Positions 1 to 8,626 of a stretch of DNA of 64,000 nt are shown here, in pieces. Source of the DNA: Capsulimonadaceae bacterium (lineage in GTDB: Bacteria > Armatimonadota > Armatimonadia > Armatimonadales > Capsulimonadaceae); assembly GCA_965215505.1 (NCBI GenBank), contig OZ244065.1, positions 4,000,001-4,064,000 of the forward strand, in the 5' to 3' direction. Position 1 is the stretch's first letter. Each line of letters starts with the position of its first letter. The notes below the pieces were generated by a model. That model made no database searches, was not told where the DNA came from, and saw only the letters and a program-made list of their open reading frames with translations. Made by a program: the position numbers and the translations under genes.

Positions 1-88
1 CAGGATTTTCGCCCCCGCCGCCGAACTCTAGGCCCACACCACTTCCCGCGACGAAAAGAACGTGGAAGCACGAAAGAGGACTAACGCC

Positions 89-1039
89 GTGAACTACCGC
101 ACCGTGGGCCGCTCGGGCCTGAAAGTCTCCGAAATCTGTCTGGGGGCCTGGATCAACTTCGGGGGCCGCATCGCCGACGAAGAGACCTTCGCCGTACTCG
201 ACGCCGCCGTGGAGGAGGGCATCAACTTCCTGGACACCGCCGACGTCTACGCCGGCGGCAAGGCGGAGGAGGTCATGGGGCGCTGGATGAAAGACAAGGA
301 CCGCCGCACCCTGGTCATCGCCACCAAATGCCGGGGGCGCATGTGGGACGGGCCGAACGGCGACGCCGGCAGCCGCAAGCACATCTTCAATGCCGTCGAG
401 GACAGCCTGCGCCGGCTGCAAACGGATTACATTGACCTCTACCAGCTCCACTGGCCCGACGCCGACACGCCCGCCGAGGAGACGGTCCGCGCCATGGACG
501 ACCTGGTCCGGTCGGGCAAGATCCTCTACTACGGCTGGTCCAACCACGACGCCGCCCAGATTGAAGAGCGCGCAAAGATTGCCAAGGAGATGAACGCCAG
601 CCGGGCCATCTCGCTCCAGAACTACTACAACATGCTCGGGCGCGGCATCGAGGAGACCATCATCCCGCGCTGCCAGGAGGAAGGCATCGGCCAGATTCCC
701 TACTCGCCGCTCGCACAGGGCCTGCTGTCCGACAAGTACCTCAGCGGCGCGGCCCCCGAAGGCAGCCGGGGGTCGGGCAACGCCGACTTCGAAAAGCGCC
801 TGACCGAATCCCTGCCCATCATGAAGGCGCTGGCCGCCTTCGCCGCCGAGCGCGATGCCACCCTCTCGCAGCTCGCCCTGGCCTGGCTGCTGCACCAGCC
901 GACCATGACCGCGCCGATCATCGGGGCCACCCGACCCGAGCAGGTGCGCGAGAACGCCAAGGCCTCCGACATCAAGCTGACGCCCGAGGACCTGGCGCAG
1001 ATTGACACCATCCTGGCTGCCAAGGGCGAGGCCGTCTGA
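89..1039 (+). CDS. aldo/keto reductase
   Basis: GLKVSEICLG, DTADVY, DYIDLYQLHWPD, YSPLAQGLL motifs; GTG at 89 follows GAGGA. Confidence 0.93.
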   Translation: MNYRTVGRSGLKVSEICLGAWINFGGRIADEETFAVLDAAVEEGINFLDTADVYAGGKAEEVMGRWMKDKDRRTLVIATKCRGRMWDGPNGDAGSRKHIFNAVEDSLRRLQTDYIDLYQLHWPDADTPAEETVRAMDDLVRSGKILYYGWSNHDAAQIEERAKIAKEMNASRAISLQNYYNMLGRGIEETIIPRCQEEGIGQIPYSPLAQGLLSDKYLSGAAPEGSRGSGNADFEKRLTESLPIMKALAAFAAERDATLSQLALAWLLHQPTMTAPIIGATRPEQVRENAKASDIKLTPEDLAQIDTILAAKGEAV

Positions 1040-1049
1040 GGGCCGCTCC

Positions 1050-1523
1050 GTGGCGTTCGAGCTTGACGACCTGGTGGACGACATGCACGGCGCGCTGCGG
1101 TTCTTCCTGGCTCATCTGGACGGTCTGAGAGACGACCAGTGGGACTGGAAACCCGCGCCCGCCTGCCGCTCGATCCGCGAGACGCTGCTGCACCTCTCGG
1201 AAACTTACGAGGACAAGGCCGCGCTGGAGGAAGCTCTGGCGCGGCCCGTCCCCGACGTTTCCGAGGTGCAGCGTCTGTTCGAGGCCGCCGCCAAGCGGGA
1301 CTATGCCCGCCTGCGCCGGAAGTACGCCGACACGCCCCTGGACGCCGAGATCGTCATCCCCGGCGGCGACTGGTTCCTGGGCCGGGCGTCCGTCAAGGCC
1401 GGCACCCTGCTCGCGCGCCGCGCCTGGGAGGAGTGCTACCACACCGGCCAAGTCGTCTTCATCCGGCTGGCGACCGACTCCGACTGGAACCCTGCCTCCA
1501 TCTACATGGTCGCCGGACCCTGA
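1050..1523 (+). CDS. DinB-family protein
   Basis: W-x-P...SIRETLLHL and C-terminal YHTGQ pattern. Confidence 0.7.
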   Translation: MAFELDDLVDDMHGALRFFLAHLDGLRDDQWDWKPAPACRSIRETLLHLSETYEDKAALEEALARPVPDVSEVQRLFEAAAKRDYARLRRKYADTPLDAEIVIPGGDWFLGRASVKAGTLLARRAWEECYHTGQVVFIRLATDSDWNPASIYMVAGP

Positions 1524-2488
1524 AGGCCCAGTAGGCGTTCGGCGTTGCCGTGGGTGATCTTCGCCTTGTCCTCGTCCCCAAGCGGCAGCGAGTCCAGGAA
1601 CTGCCTGCCCTCGCTGTTCTTGCTGTAGGGAAAGTCCACGGCGAACAGCACGCGGTCCACGCCCACCATCTCCAGGGCGCACCGGAGCGGCGGCAGGGTG
1701 AAGTAGCCGCTCACCGTCAGGTGGAAGTTCGACCGCAGAATCTCGGAGGGACGCCGGGCCAGTGGCTCGGGGGCGCGCTCGAAGAGGTAGTCGGCGCGGG
1801 CGACCGAGAACGGCAGGTCCTCCCCCATGTGGCCCAAAATGATCTGGACATCGGGGAATCGGTCGAAGACGCCCCCCGCCATCAGGCGCAGCGCGTGCAG
1901 GCCCGTTTCGGCGTGCCATCCCCAGGCCGCCGTGGAAAGCATCTGCCCGAACGGAGAGGGAAGCCCACCGAAGTACGCCTCTTGCACAGGCTCTGGTGGC
2001 GGGGCCGGGTGCAGATAGATCGGCACGCCCAGGGCCTGAGCCGCCGCGAACACGGGCGCGAACCGGGGGTGGTCCAGGAACAGGCCGCCCGTGGTGCCGT
2101 GGACCATCGCGCCCTTGAAGCCCATCTCGCCGATGCACCGGCGCATCTCGATGGCGGCGGCCTCCGGGTCTTGGAGGTCGAGCGAGGCGAACGCCGCGAA
2201 GCGGTTCGGGTATTCCCGCACAGTGGCCGCCGCCCGGTCGTTCGCGCCGCGCGCCAGAGCAGTCGCCGTGTCCGGGTCCAGCTTGTCCAGGCCGCTGCCG
2301 GGCAGCGACAGTACCTTGAGGTCAATGCCCGCCGCGTCCATGTCGGCGAGCCGGGCCGCGCCCAGATCCAGGAGCTGGTCGCGGAACGGCGGCTTGAAAT
2401 TCCCCGAAGGGTCGTCCTTCTCGTGCCGGGCGGCGGCCCCGACGATCTCCGGGGTGGTGAAGTGTTCTTCGAGCGCGATGGTTTTCAT
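1502..2488 (-). CDS. amidohydrolase_2 family protein (aromatic-acid decarboxylase-like)
   Basis: IALEEH, IYLHP, ILGHMGE, LFAVDFPY motifs. Confidence 0.88.
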   Translation of the reverse strand: MKTIALEEHFTTPEIVGAAARHEKDDPSGNFKPPFRDQLLDLGAARLADMDAAGIDLKVLSLPGSGLDKLDPDTATALARGANDRAAATVREYPNRFAAFASLDLQDPEAAAIEMRRCIGEMGFKGAMVHGTTGGLFLDHPRFAPVFAAAQALGVPIYLHPAPPPEPVQEAYFGGLPSPFGQMLSTAAWGWHAETGLHALRLMAGGVFDRFPDVQIILGHMGEDLPFSVARADYLFERAPEPLARRPSEILRSNFHLTVSGYFTLPPLRCALEMVGVDRVLFAVDFPYSKNSEGRQFLDSLPLGDEDKAKITHGNAERLLGLQGPATM

Positions 2489-2598
2489 GCCGGGCTCATA
2501 CCCACAATCGCCGCCCGCCGGCGGAACTCACCGCCCTCGGCCACGGTTCGGAACGGCAGCATACCAATCACGAAATACCCAGTACGAAAGAAGCACCC

Positions 2599-2883
2599 AT
2601 GAAAGCAATCTGGAACAACACGGTCCTCGCCGAGAGCGAACAGACCGTCGTCGTGGAAGGCAACCACTACTTCCCCGCCGAGAGCGTCAAGCAAGAGTTG
2701 ATGAAGCCGAGCGCCACCCACACCACCTGCGGGTGGAAGGGCGTCGCCAGCTACTACACCGTCGAGGCGGACGGCAAGACCAACCCCGACGCCGCCTGGT
2801 ATTATCCAGACCCCAAGCCAGGTGCCGAGCAGGTGAAGGGCCGCGTCGCCTTCTGGAAGGGCGTCCAGATCGTGTCCGGCTGA
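2599..2883 (+). CDS. DUF427 family protein
   Basis: VEGNHYFP, TCGWKGVASYY, AAWYYPDP. Confidence 0.9.
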   Translation: MKAIWNNTVLAESEQTVVVEGNHYFPAESVKQELMKPSATHTTCGWKGVASYYTVEADGKTNPDAAWYYPDPKPGAEQVKGRVAFWKGVQIVSG

Positions 2884-2901
2884 TCGTATCCGGCTAAGAA
2901 T

Positions 2902-3423
2902 TCACCCGCGCCACAGCACGCCTGCCAGCCCCGCCAGGCCGACGATCCCCACGACGGGCACGCGGCGCGTCAGGGCCAGGCCGACGGCGGCCAGCAGGAT
3001 CAGAACGCTGCGGAGGCTGACGCCTGCGCTCTGAAGTATGCCGTGCAGGGCGACGGCGAAGACGCCCACGACAGCTAATCCGAGTGCCTGCACGAAGCCC
3101 TCGACGGCGGGGTGGTCCTGCACGCGCCGGTACAGCCGCTCCACGGCGAGGATCAGCAGGGGCGGCAGCAGGACGGCGAGGAGCGCGAGCAGGCTGCCGC
3201 GCACCCCGCCCGTCAAGTACCCCAGGCTGATCACCCACAGCCCGGTCGGGCCGGGCGAAACCTGGCCGATGGTCAGGGCCTCGCCGAACTGCCGGTCGGA
3301 GGCCCAGCCGTGCGCGGGCAGGTCGGCGTGGAGGGAGGGCAGGTTGCCCGTGCCGCCCGTGGAAAAGAGGGAGGCTTTCAGGAAGAGCCAGAAGTAGAGG
3401 GGCCAGGAGATCGGGTCGGTCAT
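2902..3423 (-). CDS. short-chain chromate transporter subunit
   Basis: STGG...IGQVSPGP motif; 4-bp overlap with the upstream paralogue. Confidence 0.85.
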   Translation of the reverse strand: MTDPISWPLYFWLFLKASLFSTGGTGNLPSLHADLPAHGWASDRQFGEALTIGQVSPGPTGLWVISLGYLTGGVRGSLLALLAVLLPPLLILAVERLYRRVQDHPAVEGFVQALGLAVVGVFAVALHGILQSAGVSLRSVLILLAAVGLALTRRVPVVGIVGLAGLAGVLWRG

Positions 3424-4016
3424 CGGGACGTACCCCGGACCCGGCGGCGTCCCCACTCCCAGGCCGCGCCCAAGACGCCCGCGCCGAGCAGGATGACCAG
3501 CACCGGCGGGTGTGCCCACAGCATGACGGCGGCGCTTGCGAGCAGCAGGGCGAGGCTGACCGCGAGGTTCCCCCGGCCTTCGCGGCGGCTCTGGACGAGG
3601 GCCGGGCGGGCGATCTGCCAGGCCGTCAGCAGCCCCAGGCCGACGGTGGCGGGGATGATGCCGTGCAGGGCGTCCCGCACTAGGGGCGCGTCCTGGACGC
3701 TCTGGTAGGAGGCCGTCAGCGCCACGGTCACGGCGGCGCTCGGCAGGAGCAGGCCGGCCACCGCCAAGATTATGCCTCTGGTCCCGCCGGTCCGCCGCCC
3801 GAGGAGGACCGTCAGCGCCACCAGGTTGATGCCGGGCGCGATCTGGACCAGGGACCAGAAGCGGGCGAACTCGGCCTCCGTCACCCACCCGTGCGTCTCC
3901 ACGGCGGCCCGGCGGATCAGGGCCAGCGTCGCCGCCCCGCCGCCGAACGATTGCAGGCCGAGCGACAGCCAGATGCGGAAGAGGCTGAAGGAGGGAGGCG
4001 GCGTTTCGGGTGTCAC
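3420..4016 (-). CDS. short-chain chromate transporter subunit
   Basis: SFGGG...VQIAPG CHR motif, hydrophobic helices. Confidence 0.87.
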   Translation of the reverse strand: MTPETPPPSFSLFRIWLSLGLQSFGGGAATLALIRRAAVETHGWVTEAEFARFWSLVQIAPGINLVALTVLLGRRTGGTRGIILAVAGLLLPSAAVTVALTASYQSVQDAPLVRDALHGIIPATVGLGLLTAWQIARPALVQSRREGRGNLAVSLALLLASAAVMLWAHPPVLVILLGAGVLGAAWEWGRRRVRGTSR

Positions 4017-4057
4017 CGCCTATTGTAGCACAGGGCGTGCCGTATCAAGGGGAGAGG

Positions 4058-4080
4058 GTAGGGACAAGCCCTGCCCCTAC
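4058..4080. repeat. GTAG-type REP palindrome (GTAGGGACAAGCCCTGCCCCTAC)
   Basis: related copies form a doublet at 43088-43155 and a single copy at 61282-61305. Confidence 0.7.
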
Positions 4081-4628
4081 TGCGCGACCACGGGCAGCGG
4101 CCCCACCGTCGTGGTCGTCTGCGAGGAACTGTCCGTCCCCGTCTGGACGGTGAAGAGCGCGCTGGCCGAATACTGCCCGGCGGCGGAGTACCGGCCCGCG
4201 TCATTGCCGCCGACGGCCAGTGTGCCCGACACCGACTGGCCCGGCGCGAGCGTGGTGTTCGGGCCGATGAAGATGACCGCAGGCATCGCCCCGACCGGGA
4301 ACGCCGTGCTGCCCCCGGCGTCCTTGACGACGAGCGAGGCGGGGACGCCGCCGGAGGGCGTGGCACCCCCGATGACCGGGTGGTAGCTGATCGGCTGGGC
4401 GGTGGCGTTGGCGAGCGTCAGCGTGTAGGTGACCACGCCGCCCACGGAAACGGTAGACCTGTCCTCCGCCAGCGTCGCTGTCAGGCCGTCCGGCAGAGTC
4501 GCCGACACCGCGCGCGGCGACAGGGGCAGGGGCGTGATACTGGAACCCCCGCCTCCGCCGCACCCGGCCAGGCCCAGCACGGCCAGGGCGCTCGCGATGC
4601 CGAGCCACGCCACTGCTGTTCTCTTCAT
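4077..4628 (-). CDS. hypothetical lipoprotein, beta-rich domain
   Basis: signal peptide with lipobox LAGC followed by poly-Gly; GGGGAA upstream of ATG. Confidence 0.75.
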   Translation of the reverse strand: MKRTAVAWLGIASALAVLGLAGCGGGGGSSITPLPLSPRAVSATLPDGLTATLAEDRSTVSVGGVVTYTLTLANATAQPISYHPVIGGATPSGGVPASLVVKDAGGSTAFPVGAMPAVIFIGPNTTLAPGQSVSGTLAVGGNDAGRYSAAGQYSASALFTVQTGTDSSSQTTTTVGPLPVVAQ

Positions 4629-4740
4629 GGTTCCCCCTGCGAAAGACTTTGCGCCTAATGTTCCCTTCGCGCGTGTCCCTTTCCTCCCTCCTGACGCCCC
4701 TCCCCGTGAAAAGAATCGTGCAACAAACAATAGTTTGTGC

Positions 4741-4769
4741 TTGACAAACAAAAGACTGTGCCTTATACT
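4741..4769 (+). promoter_or_regulatory. sigma70 promoter
   Basis: TTGACA-N17-TATACT. Confidence 0.8.
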
Positions 4770-4961
4770 GGTGTAAATCAGGTTTGGCTCCCGCCCGTGC
4801 CGGGAAGACCACGCCGCCGAAAAGCCGCCCCCGTAATCCCACTGAGGATTCCGGCGGCTCCCACCGATACTCATCCCGTAGACCTTTCCCATGTGTCCCC
4901 GCGCATCTTCCGTATGTGATGCCCGGACCGTGAGTACGATACCCGTGAGGAGGATTGTCAT

Positions 4962-5987
4962 TTGATCCGACGCCGACCTGCCCTGCTGGCGACCGCCCTG
5001 GCCTGCACCGTCTTCTCCGCGCCCCTCTGCCGCGCCTCCCAGGCTCCTTCCGCCCCGACCGCCTATACCGACAGCGAGGCCTCCCAGGCCGCGCCCGCCG
5101 ATGCTGATGTTTCTTCCGCCGCCATCCCCTCCGAGGGAGCGCTGCCGGTCTCCCATTCTACCCGCCACTATCATCGCCGCAAGGCCACCCGGCACTCCGC
5201 CGCCCGCAGCCTGCCCTCGCGCGGCGGGGGTTCCGCCGACGCCTCACAGGGCAGCGCGGTCGGGCGGCTCGGCGTGGTCATCAGCGACAAGGCCGTCATC
5301 AGCGCGGGGCGCGAGGCGGCGGGGCGCGTCCTCTCCGTCTGCCCCAAGGGCCAGCCCCTCGCGCTGTGCGGCCAGACGCCGACGCAGTACGCCGTGCTGA
5401 TGGTGGACCACTCGCTCGGCTTCGTGGCGAAGTCCGACGTCCAGCTCCTCGACTCCCAGGTCGTCGCCAACACCCCGGACGGGAACGCCGACCCGGTGAA
5501 CGGGGCCGACCCGGCGACCGGCGGCCCCCTGGGGCTGTCCCTCGTCCAGACCGCCTTCGGCTACCTCGGCGTCCCCTACGTCTGGGGCGGCAACACCGCC
5601 TCGGGCATTGACTGCTCCGGCTTCGTCAAGGCCGTCTACGCCGCCCACGGGATCACCCTGCCGCGCCACTCCGGTGACCAAGCCCAGGTCGGCTACGATG
5701 TCCCCAAGGCCGACTGGTCGCGCTGGGTGCCCGGCGACCGGATGTATTTCGCCTGCCACCACGCCGAGATCGACCACACCGGCATGTACATCGGCGAGGG
5801 CCGCTTCATCCACTCCTCCATGGGCCACGGCCAGTCCGTCGCCATCGACCGCGTGGACGGTGCCTACTACGCCGAGCATCTGGTCTGCGTCCGCCGCTCC
5901 CGCGAGCTGGAAAGCGACCTGTCCGCCCAGACGGCCTCCGCGCCCTCGACGGTCGCCGCCGATGACAGCGAGAACAGCCAGCGCTGA
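4962..5987 (+). CDS. NlpC/P60 (C40) peptidoglycan endopeptidase with SH3-like domain
   Basis: LGVPYVWGG..GIDCSGF, HTGMY, FIHS; signal peptide; GAGGAGG RBS before TTG. Confidence 0.92.
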   Translation: MIRRRPALLATALACTVFSAPLCRASQAPSAPTAYTDSEASQAAPADADVSSAAIPSEGALPVSHSTRHYHRRKATRHSAARSLPSRGGGSADASQGSAVGRLGVVISDKAVISAGREAAGRVLSVCPKGQPLALCGQTPTQYAVLMVDHSLGFVAKSDVQLLDSQVVANTPDGNADPVNGADPATGGPLGLSLVQTAFGYLGVPYVWGGNTASGIDCSGFVKAVYAAHGITLPRHSGDQAQVGYDVPKADWSRWVPGDRMYFACHHAEIDHTGMYIGEGRFIHSSMGHGQSVAIDRVDGAYYAEHLVCVRRSRELESDLSAQTASAPSTVAADDSENSQR

Positions 5988-6012
5988 CCGTCAGCCTTCT
6001 GCCTGATGACCG

Positions 6013-6040
6013 GAAAGCCGCCCTCACGGGCGGCTTTCTT
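6013..6040 (+). terminator. intrinsic terminator
   Basis: GAAAGCCGCCC-TCAC-GGGCGGCTTTC followed by T-rich bases. Confidence 0.85.
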
Positions 6041-6058
6041 CACGTTCAGATAGTCCCA

Positions 6059-7357
6059 ATGTCCTTACAAAAGCCAACCGACCGTTGGGAACTCGCGTGG
6101 CTGCTGCTGGGCGTCTTCTCCCTCTTCTTCGGGTTCCTCTACAGCGTCATCCAGCCGCCGACCGCCCTGCCGGACGAGGGCGCGAACATGCAGTACGTCC
6201 AGTTCCTCGGCACGCAGGGGCACTTGCCGGTTTGGGAGCCGTCCGGACAGGGCGCGGGCGGCTACGAGACCCAGCACCCGGCCCTGGCCTACACGCTCCA
6301 GGCCCTCGTCTGGCGTGGCGCGGGCGGCCTGCCGGACGCCATCCGGTGGCACGTCGTCCGCTGGTTCATGGTCCTGCTGGGCCTGTGCCTCCTGCCGATC
6401 ACCGCCCGCCTGGGCCGACGCCTCTTCCCGGACAGCCCTTTAACGCGCTTCACCCTGGCGGCGACGGTCCAGCTCATGCCGCTCTCCCTGCTGTACCTGT
6501 GCCACGCGAACCCCGACGGCATCGGCCTGATTCTGAGTGCCCTGGGCCTGCTGCTGGCCGTGCAGATTTATAGCGACCCCGGCGAGCCGCCCCGGCTGCC
6601 GTACTTCGCCGGAATTGTCGCCGCCCTGGCTGCGCTGACCAAGCTGTCCGTCCTACCCGTCGCCGCCGTCCTGCTGGCGGCCCAGGCCGCGCGCCCGAAC
6701 GAGACGGCCCCGGCGCGCGTCCGTCGTGCCGCCGTCATCCTGGGCCTGACGCTGCTGGGGGGCGGGTGGTGGTACGTCCGCAACCGGCTCCTGTATGGCC
6801 AGTTCTTCATCCACACTGCCGGGCGACTCGGCACCGGCCTCGACCTCGGCGCGCGCTCCGGCTACGCCTACGCAGCCAAGCTGACCCTGACCGAGACGTT
6901 TTTCAGCACCTGGGCGCAGCGCGGCTGGTTCCCCGACACCCTGGAGCCACTGCTGAACGCGGGCGTGGTCCTGATGGTCCTGCTCGCCCTCGCCGGCTTC
7001 CTCCTCCGGCGCGCGCCCCTGCCAAACGCAGAAGTAGGCCCCCCCCCTTTTATCCTCCGGCTCTGCCTGGTCTGGGTGCTGTTCGTGTTCCTGTCCCAGC
7101 AGATCGCGTTCTGGACCGTGGACGTGGAGCTGAACGCCGGGGGCCGCTACATGCTCGCCGTCCTGCCCGCCATCGCCGTCCTGCTGCTCTCCGGCGTTGC
7201 CAGGTTCGGGCCGCGCGTCTCGCGGGCCGTCTTCCCCGCCTGGCTCGTGCTGCTGCTGGCGATGAACGTCGCTTCCGCTTACAACATCGTCAATGTCCTG
7301 GTGCCGCACTACTTCCCCGGCTGGAAGATGTTCGAGTTTCCGGGGGGGCATGCCTGA
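6059..7357 (+). CDS. GT-C (GT39/ArnT/PMT-like) membrane glycosyltransferase
   Basis: PDE and QHP loop motifs, ALTKLS, WWYVRN, GRY; polytopic membrane protein. Confidence 0.75.
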   Translation: MSLQKPTDRWELAWLLLGVFSLFFGFLYSVIQPPTALPDEGANMQYVQFLGTQGHLPVWEPSGQGAGGYETQHPALAYTLQALVWRGAGGLPDAIRWHVVRWFMVLLGLCLLPITARLGRRLFPDSPLTRFTLAATVQLMPLSLLYLCHANPDGIGLILSALGLLLAVQIYSDPGEPPRLPYFAGIVAALAALTKLSVLPVAAVLLAAQAARPNETAPARVRRAAVILGLTLLGGGWWYVRNRLLYGQFFIHTAGRLGTGLDLGARSGYAYAAKLTLTETFFSTWAQRGWFPDTLEPLLNAGVVLMVLLALAGFLLRRAPLPNAEVGPPPFILRLCLVWVLFVFLSQQIAFWTVDVELNAGGRYMLAVLPAIAVLLLSGVARFGPRVSRAVFPAWLVLLLAMNVASAYNIVNVLVPHYFPGWKMFEFPGGHA

Positions 7358-7387
7358 GCAGGGCTGGAGACAGGCGGTAGAATGATG

Positions 7388-7547
7388 CCCCCACCCCCGG
7401 CGCAGACGCCGACCCCTGCCCCCGCAAGCGGGAGAGGGGTAGAAGATGGAGATCAGGACTCAGGCCCTCGCTTTCCTCGTGTCTTCACTCCTGCACCCCT
7501 CTCCCGCTTGCGGGGGCAGGGGTCGGCGTCTGCGCCGGGGGTGGGGG
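7388..7547. repeat. long palindromic (MITE-like) element, family A
   Basis: perfect 53-bp inverted repeat 7388-7440 / 7495-7547. Confidence 0.9.
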
Positions 7548-7575
7548 TCTTCCCCCTCTGGCGGCCAGAAAAGGC

Positions 7576-7605
7576 TTGACAAGCCCGCCGCGTACCCGGT
7601 ATACT
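7576..7605 (+). promoter_or_regulatory. sigma70 promoter of the arg cluster
   Basis: TTGACA-N18-TATACT. Confidence 0.75.
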
Positions 7606-7615
7606 GCCCGCAACA

Positions 7616-7714
7616 ATGTTCACCGCACTGACAACTCCGTCGCTGCGTCGCCGCGTGCGTGCTTTGGGAAGTGCGCCCGCGACACGCAAAAGCGTGACGC
7701 AGCCTCGTTTGTAA
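7616..7714 (+). CDS. putative Arg-rich leader peptide (MFTALTTPSLRRRVRALGSAPATRKSVTQPRL)
   Basis: ATG 10 nt after the -10 box; CGT-CGC-CGC-GTG-CGT at 7646-7660; lies upstream of a terminator and the arg genes. Confidence 0.55.
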   Translation: MFTALTTPSLRRRVRALGSAPATRKSVTQPRL

Positions 7715-7808
7715 TCGCTTACCGACGAGCCGTGGCCCACTTCCCTCCCCGGACCGGGGACAGGAAGCGATGGTGCGCGGCTCGTGTTGTTTCTGGAACA
7801 CCCTTTGG

Positions 7809-7862
7809 AGAAACGCCGCCCGCCCATCTTGACTTAAGAGGACGCGCGGCGTTTTTCTATTT
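7809..7862 (+). terminator. leader (attenuator-type) intrinsic terminator
   Basis: AAACGCCGC...GCGGCGTTT stem followed by TTCTATTT, just before the first gene's RBS. Confidence 0.75.
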
Positions 7863-7879
7863 ACGGGGGAGGCAGAAGC

Positions 7880-8626
7880 GTGGAAGCGGACGGTCTTGCA
7901 CTGCGGGAATGGCTGTACGGGCGGACGGAATGGCACTGGGCGAGCGCCATTTTAGACATTGGCTGCGGGGACGGCGGCGACCTGCGGCGCATCGCCGCCC
8001 TTGCGCCCGGTGCCGCCCGGCTCGCCGGCATAGACTCGTCGGCCAGGGCCATTGACACCGCCCGCGCCGCGACGGCGGGCGATGCGCGTTTCGCCTGGCA
8101 CGAGGCCGACGTCTCATCCGGCCTGCCGTTCGCGGACGGCGCGTTTGACGCCGTGTTCTCGCTGAACCTGCTGGAATGCGTCCCCGACAGAGACGCCCTG
8201 GTGCGCGAGATGGCACGCGTCCTGCGCCCCGGTGGTCAGATCGTCTGCGCGCATTGGGACTGGGACACGCAGACTTTAGACGGCGCGGATAAGACACTGG
8301 TCCGCCGCATCGTCTCGGCATTCAGCGACTGGCAGCAGGAGTGGATGGCCGCCTGTGACGGCTGGATGGGCCGCCGTCTGTGGCCGGCGTTCCAGCAGTC
8401 CGGCCTGTTCGAAGGCCGCGTGGGGACCTACACGCTGACCAACACCGTGTATGCGCCGGGCTGGGTCGGCTACGAGCAGGTGCAGGCTTTCGGCGCACTG
8501 GCCCGGCGGGGCCTCGTCCTGGCGGACGATTACGCGCGGTTCCGGGCCGACATCGCGGCCCAGGCCGCCCGAAACGAATACTTCTACAGCATCACGCTGT
8601 ACGTCTATGTGGGGCATAAGAAATGA
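7880..8626 (+). CDS. class I SAM-dependent methyltransferase (UbiE-like)
   Basis: ILDIGCGDG, LPFADGAFD, RVLRPGG. Confidence 0.88.
   Translation: MEADGLALREWLYGRTEWHWASAILDIGCGDGGDLRRIAALAPGAARLAGIDSSARAIDTARAATAGDARFAWHEADVSSGLPFADGAFDAVFSLNLLECVPDRDALVREMARVLRPGGQIVCAHWDWDTQTLDGADKTLVRRIVSAFSDWQQEWMAACDGWMGRRLWPAFQQSGLFEGRVGTYTLTNTVYAPGWVGYEQVQAFGALARRGLVLADDYARFRADIAAQAARNEYFYSITLYVYVGHKK

Noticed and set aside
7610-7862. T-box riboswitch for the arg cluster
   Set aside because: the antiterminator has a 7-nt bulge but it reads TCGTGTT, not TGGNACC, and no T-box stem I motifs are visible
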